A DNA stretch of 35,278 bases from Fidelibacterota bacterium CG1_02_48_14 (lineage in GTDB: Bacteria; Fidelibacterota; UBA8477): positions 1 through 35,278 of the forward strand of contig MNWS01000121.1 of NCBI GenBank assembly GCA_001872685.1, in the 5' to 3' direction. A program made the translations under genes and the position numbers. Within the stretch, counting starts at the first letter, position 1. Every line of letters starts with the position of its first letter. Positions 35,095-35,278 of this stretch are shown here, piece after piece. The notes beneath the pieces were generated by a model. That model was given only the letters and a program-made list of their open reading frames with translations. It was not told the origin of the DNA and made no database searches.

Positions 35095-35278
35095 GATTCG
35101 ACTCCTTCAGCTTCGCCTTTTAAATGAGCCGCGAAATGTATGCTTTGACCTATGAAAACCCAACTTGATTTCCATTGCAGGTAAGGAAAAAACCCGATTT
35201 TAATTGGATTTTTCCTCATCAAAATAGCTGTCTGGAATGCCTCGATTTAATTTGTACTTCGAAAAAATCAACTCAATA

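Noticed and set aside
35185-35215. A/T-rich hairpin GGAAAAAACCCGATTTTAATTGGATTTTTCC upstream of arcC
   Set aside because: The stem consists mostly of A-U pairs with mismatches or a bulge, and the U-run lies inside the stem rather than after it. It is too weak to call a terminator or regulatory element.
35200-35277. Open minus-strand frame entering from the right edge (..IELIFSKYKLNRGIPDSYFDEEKSN, stop at 35200-35202)
   Set aside because: Only 25 codons are visible and there is no recognisable motif, so it cannot be distinguished from a chance open frame. It may be the 3' end of an upstream gene, but the window does not support a call.
1-35278. Search for CRISPR arrays, IS elements with inverted repeats, integrases, toxin-antitoxin pairs, or known defence genes
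   Set aside because: I saw no spaced direct repeats. No ORF carries transposase, integrase, recombinase, nuclease-helicase or small TA-like signatures. Every ORF over about 60 aa that is not antisense to a strong gene is accounted for above. The scan was by eye, so short or degenerate repeats could have been missed.

Overview
Chromosomal, largely housekeeping segment of a diderm (lipid A-making) bacterium. I call 35 protein-coding genes, one of them partial at the left edge. I recognised no rRNA, tRNA, CRISPR array, transposase, integrase or phage gene. Layout by region: (i) 1-3764: tail of an FN3-repeat secreted protein, a 4-oxalocrotonate tautomerase-family protein, an Amidase_2/PGRP-type amidase, a non-canonical NRAMP-fold transporter, and plsY. 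(ii) 3806-7693: a Dak2(FakA-like)-DegV(FakB-like) fusion just upstream of plsY, followed by a small Fe-S block (dicluster ferredoxin, Mrp/ApbC, DUF59/SufT-like). (iii) 7793-22840: a roughly 15 kb uninterrupted plus-strand envelope block, uppS-bamA-skp-lpxD-lpxC/fabZ-lpxA-(unknown)-dxr-rseP-lpxL-like-tsaC-msbA-GT39, ending in a 4-nt convergent overlap with gtrA. (iv) 23326-27219: DUF3108, NfeD, FloA and a membrane-anchored (QP)9 repeat protein. (v) 27370-28413: ada. (vi) 28558-30432: two orphan genes (a secreted 176-aa protein and a polytopic membrane protein with a poly-acidic tail) converging on a bidirectional terminator. (vii) 30582-35094, minus strand: SPOR lipoprotein, ndk, sucD, sucC, arcC. 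The LpxC-FabZ fusion suggests an FCB-group-like lineage, and GGAG-type ribosome-binding sites are common. I see no defence island or mobile element. The candidates most worth follow-up are the fused fatty-acid-kinase/plsY module, the unassigned beta-barrel-like gene inside the lipid A block, the orphan secreted/membrane pair, the NRAMP-like protein lacking the DPGN motif, and the slippage-prone (QP)n repeat in the NfeD-FloA module. All family calls come from motif recognition by eye; no database search was possible.
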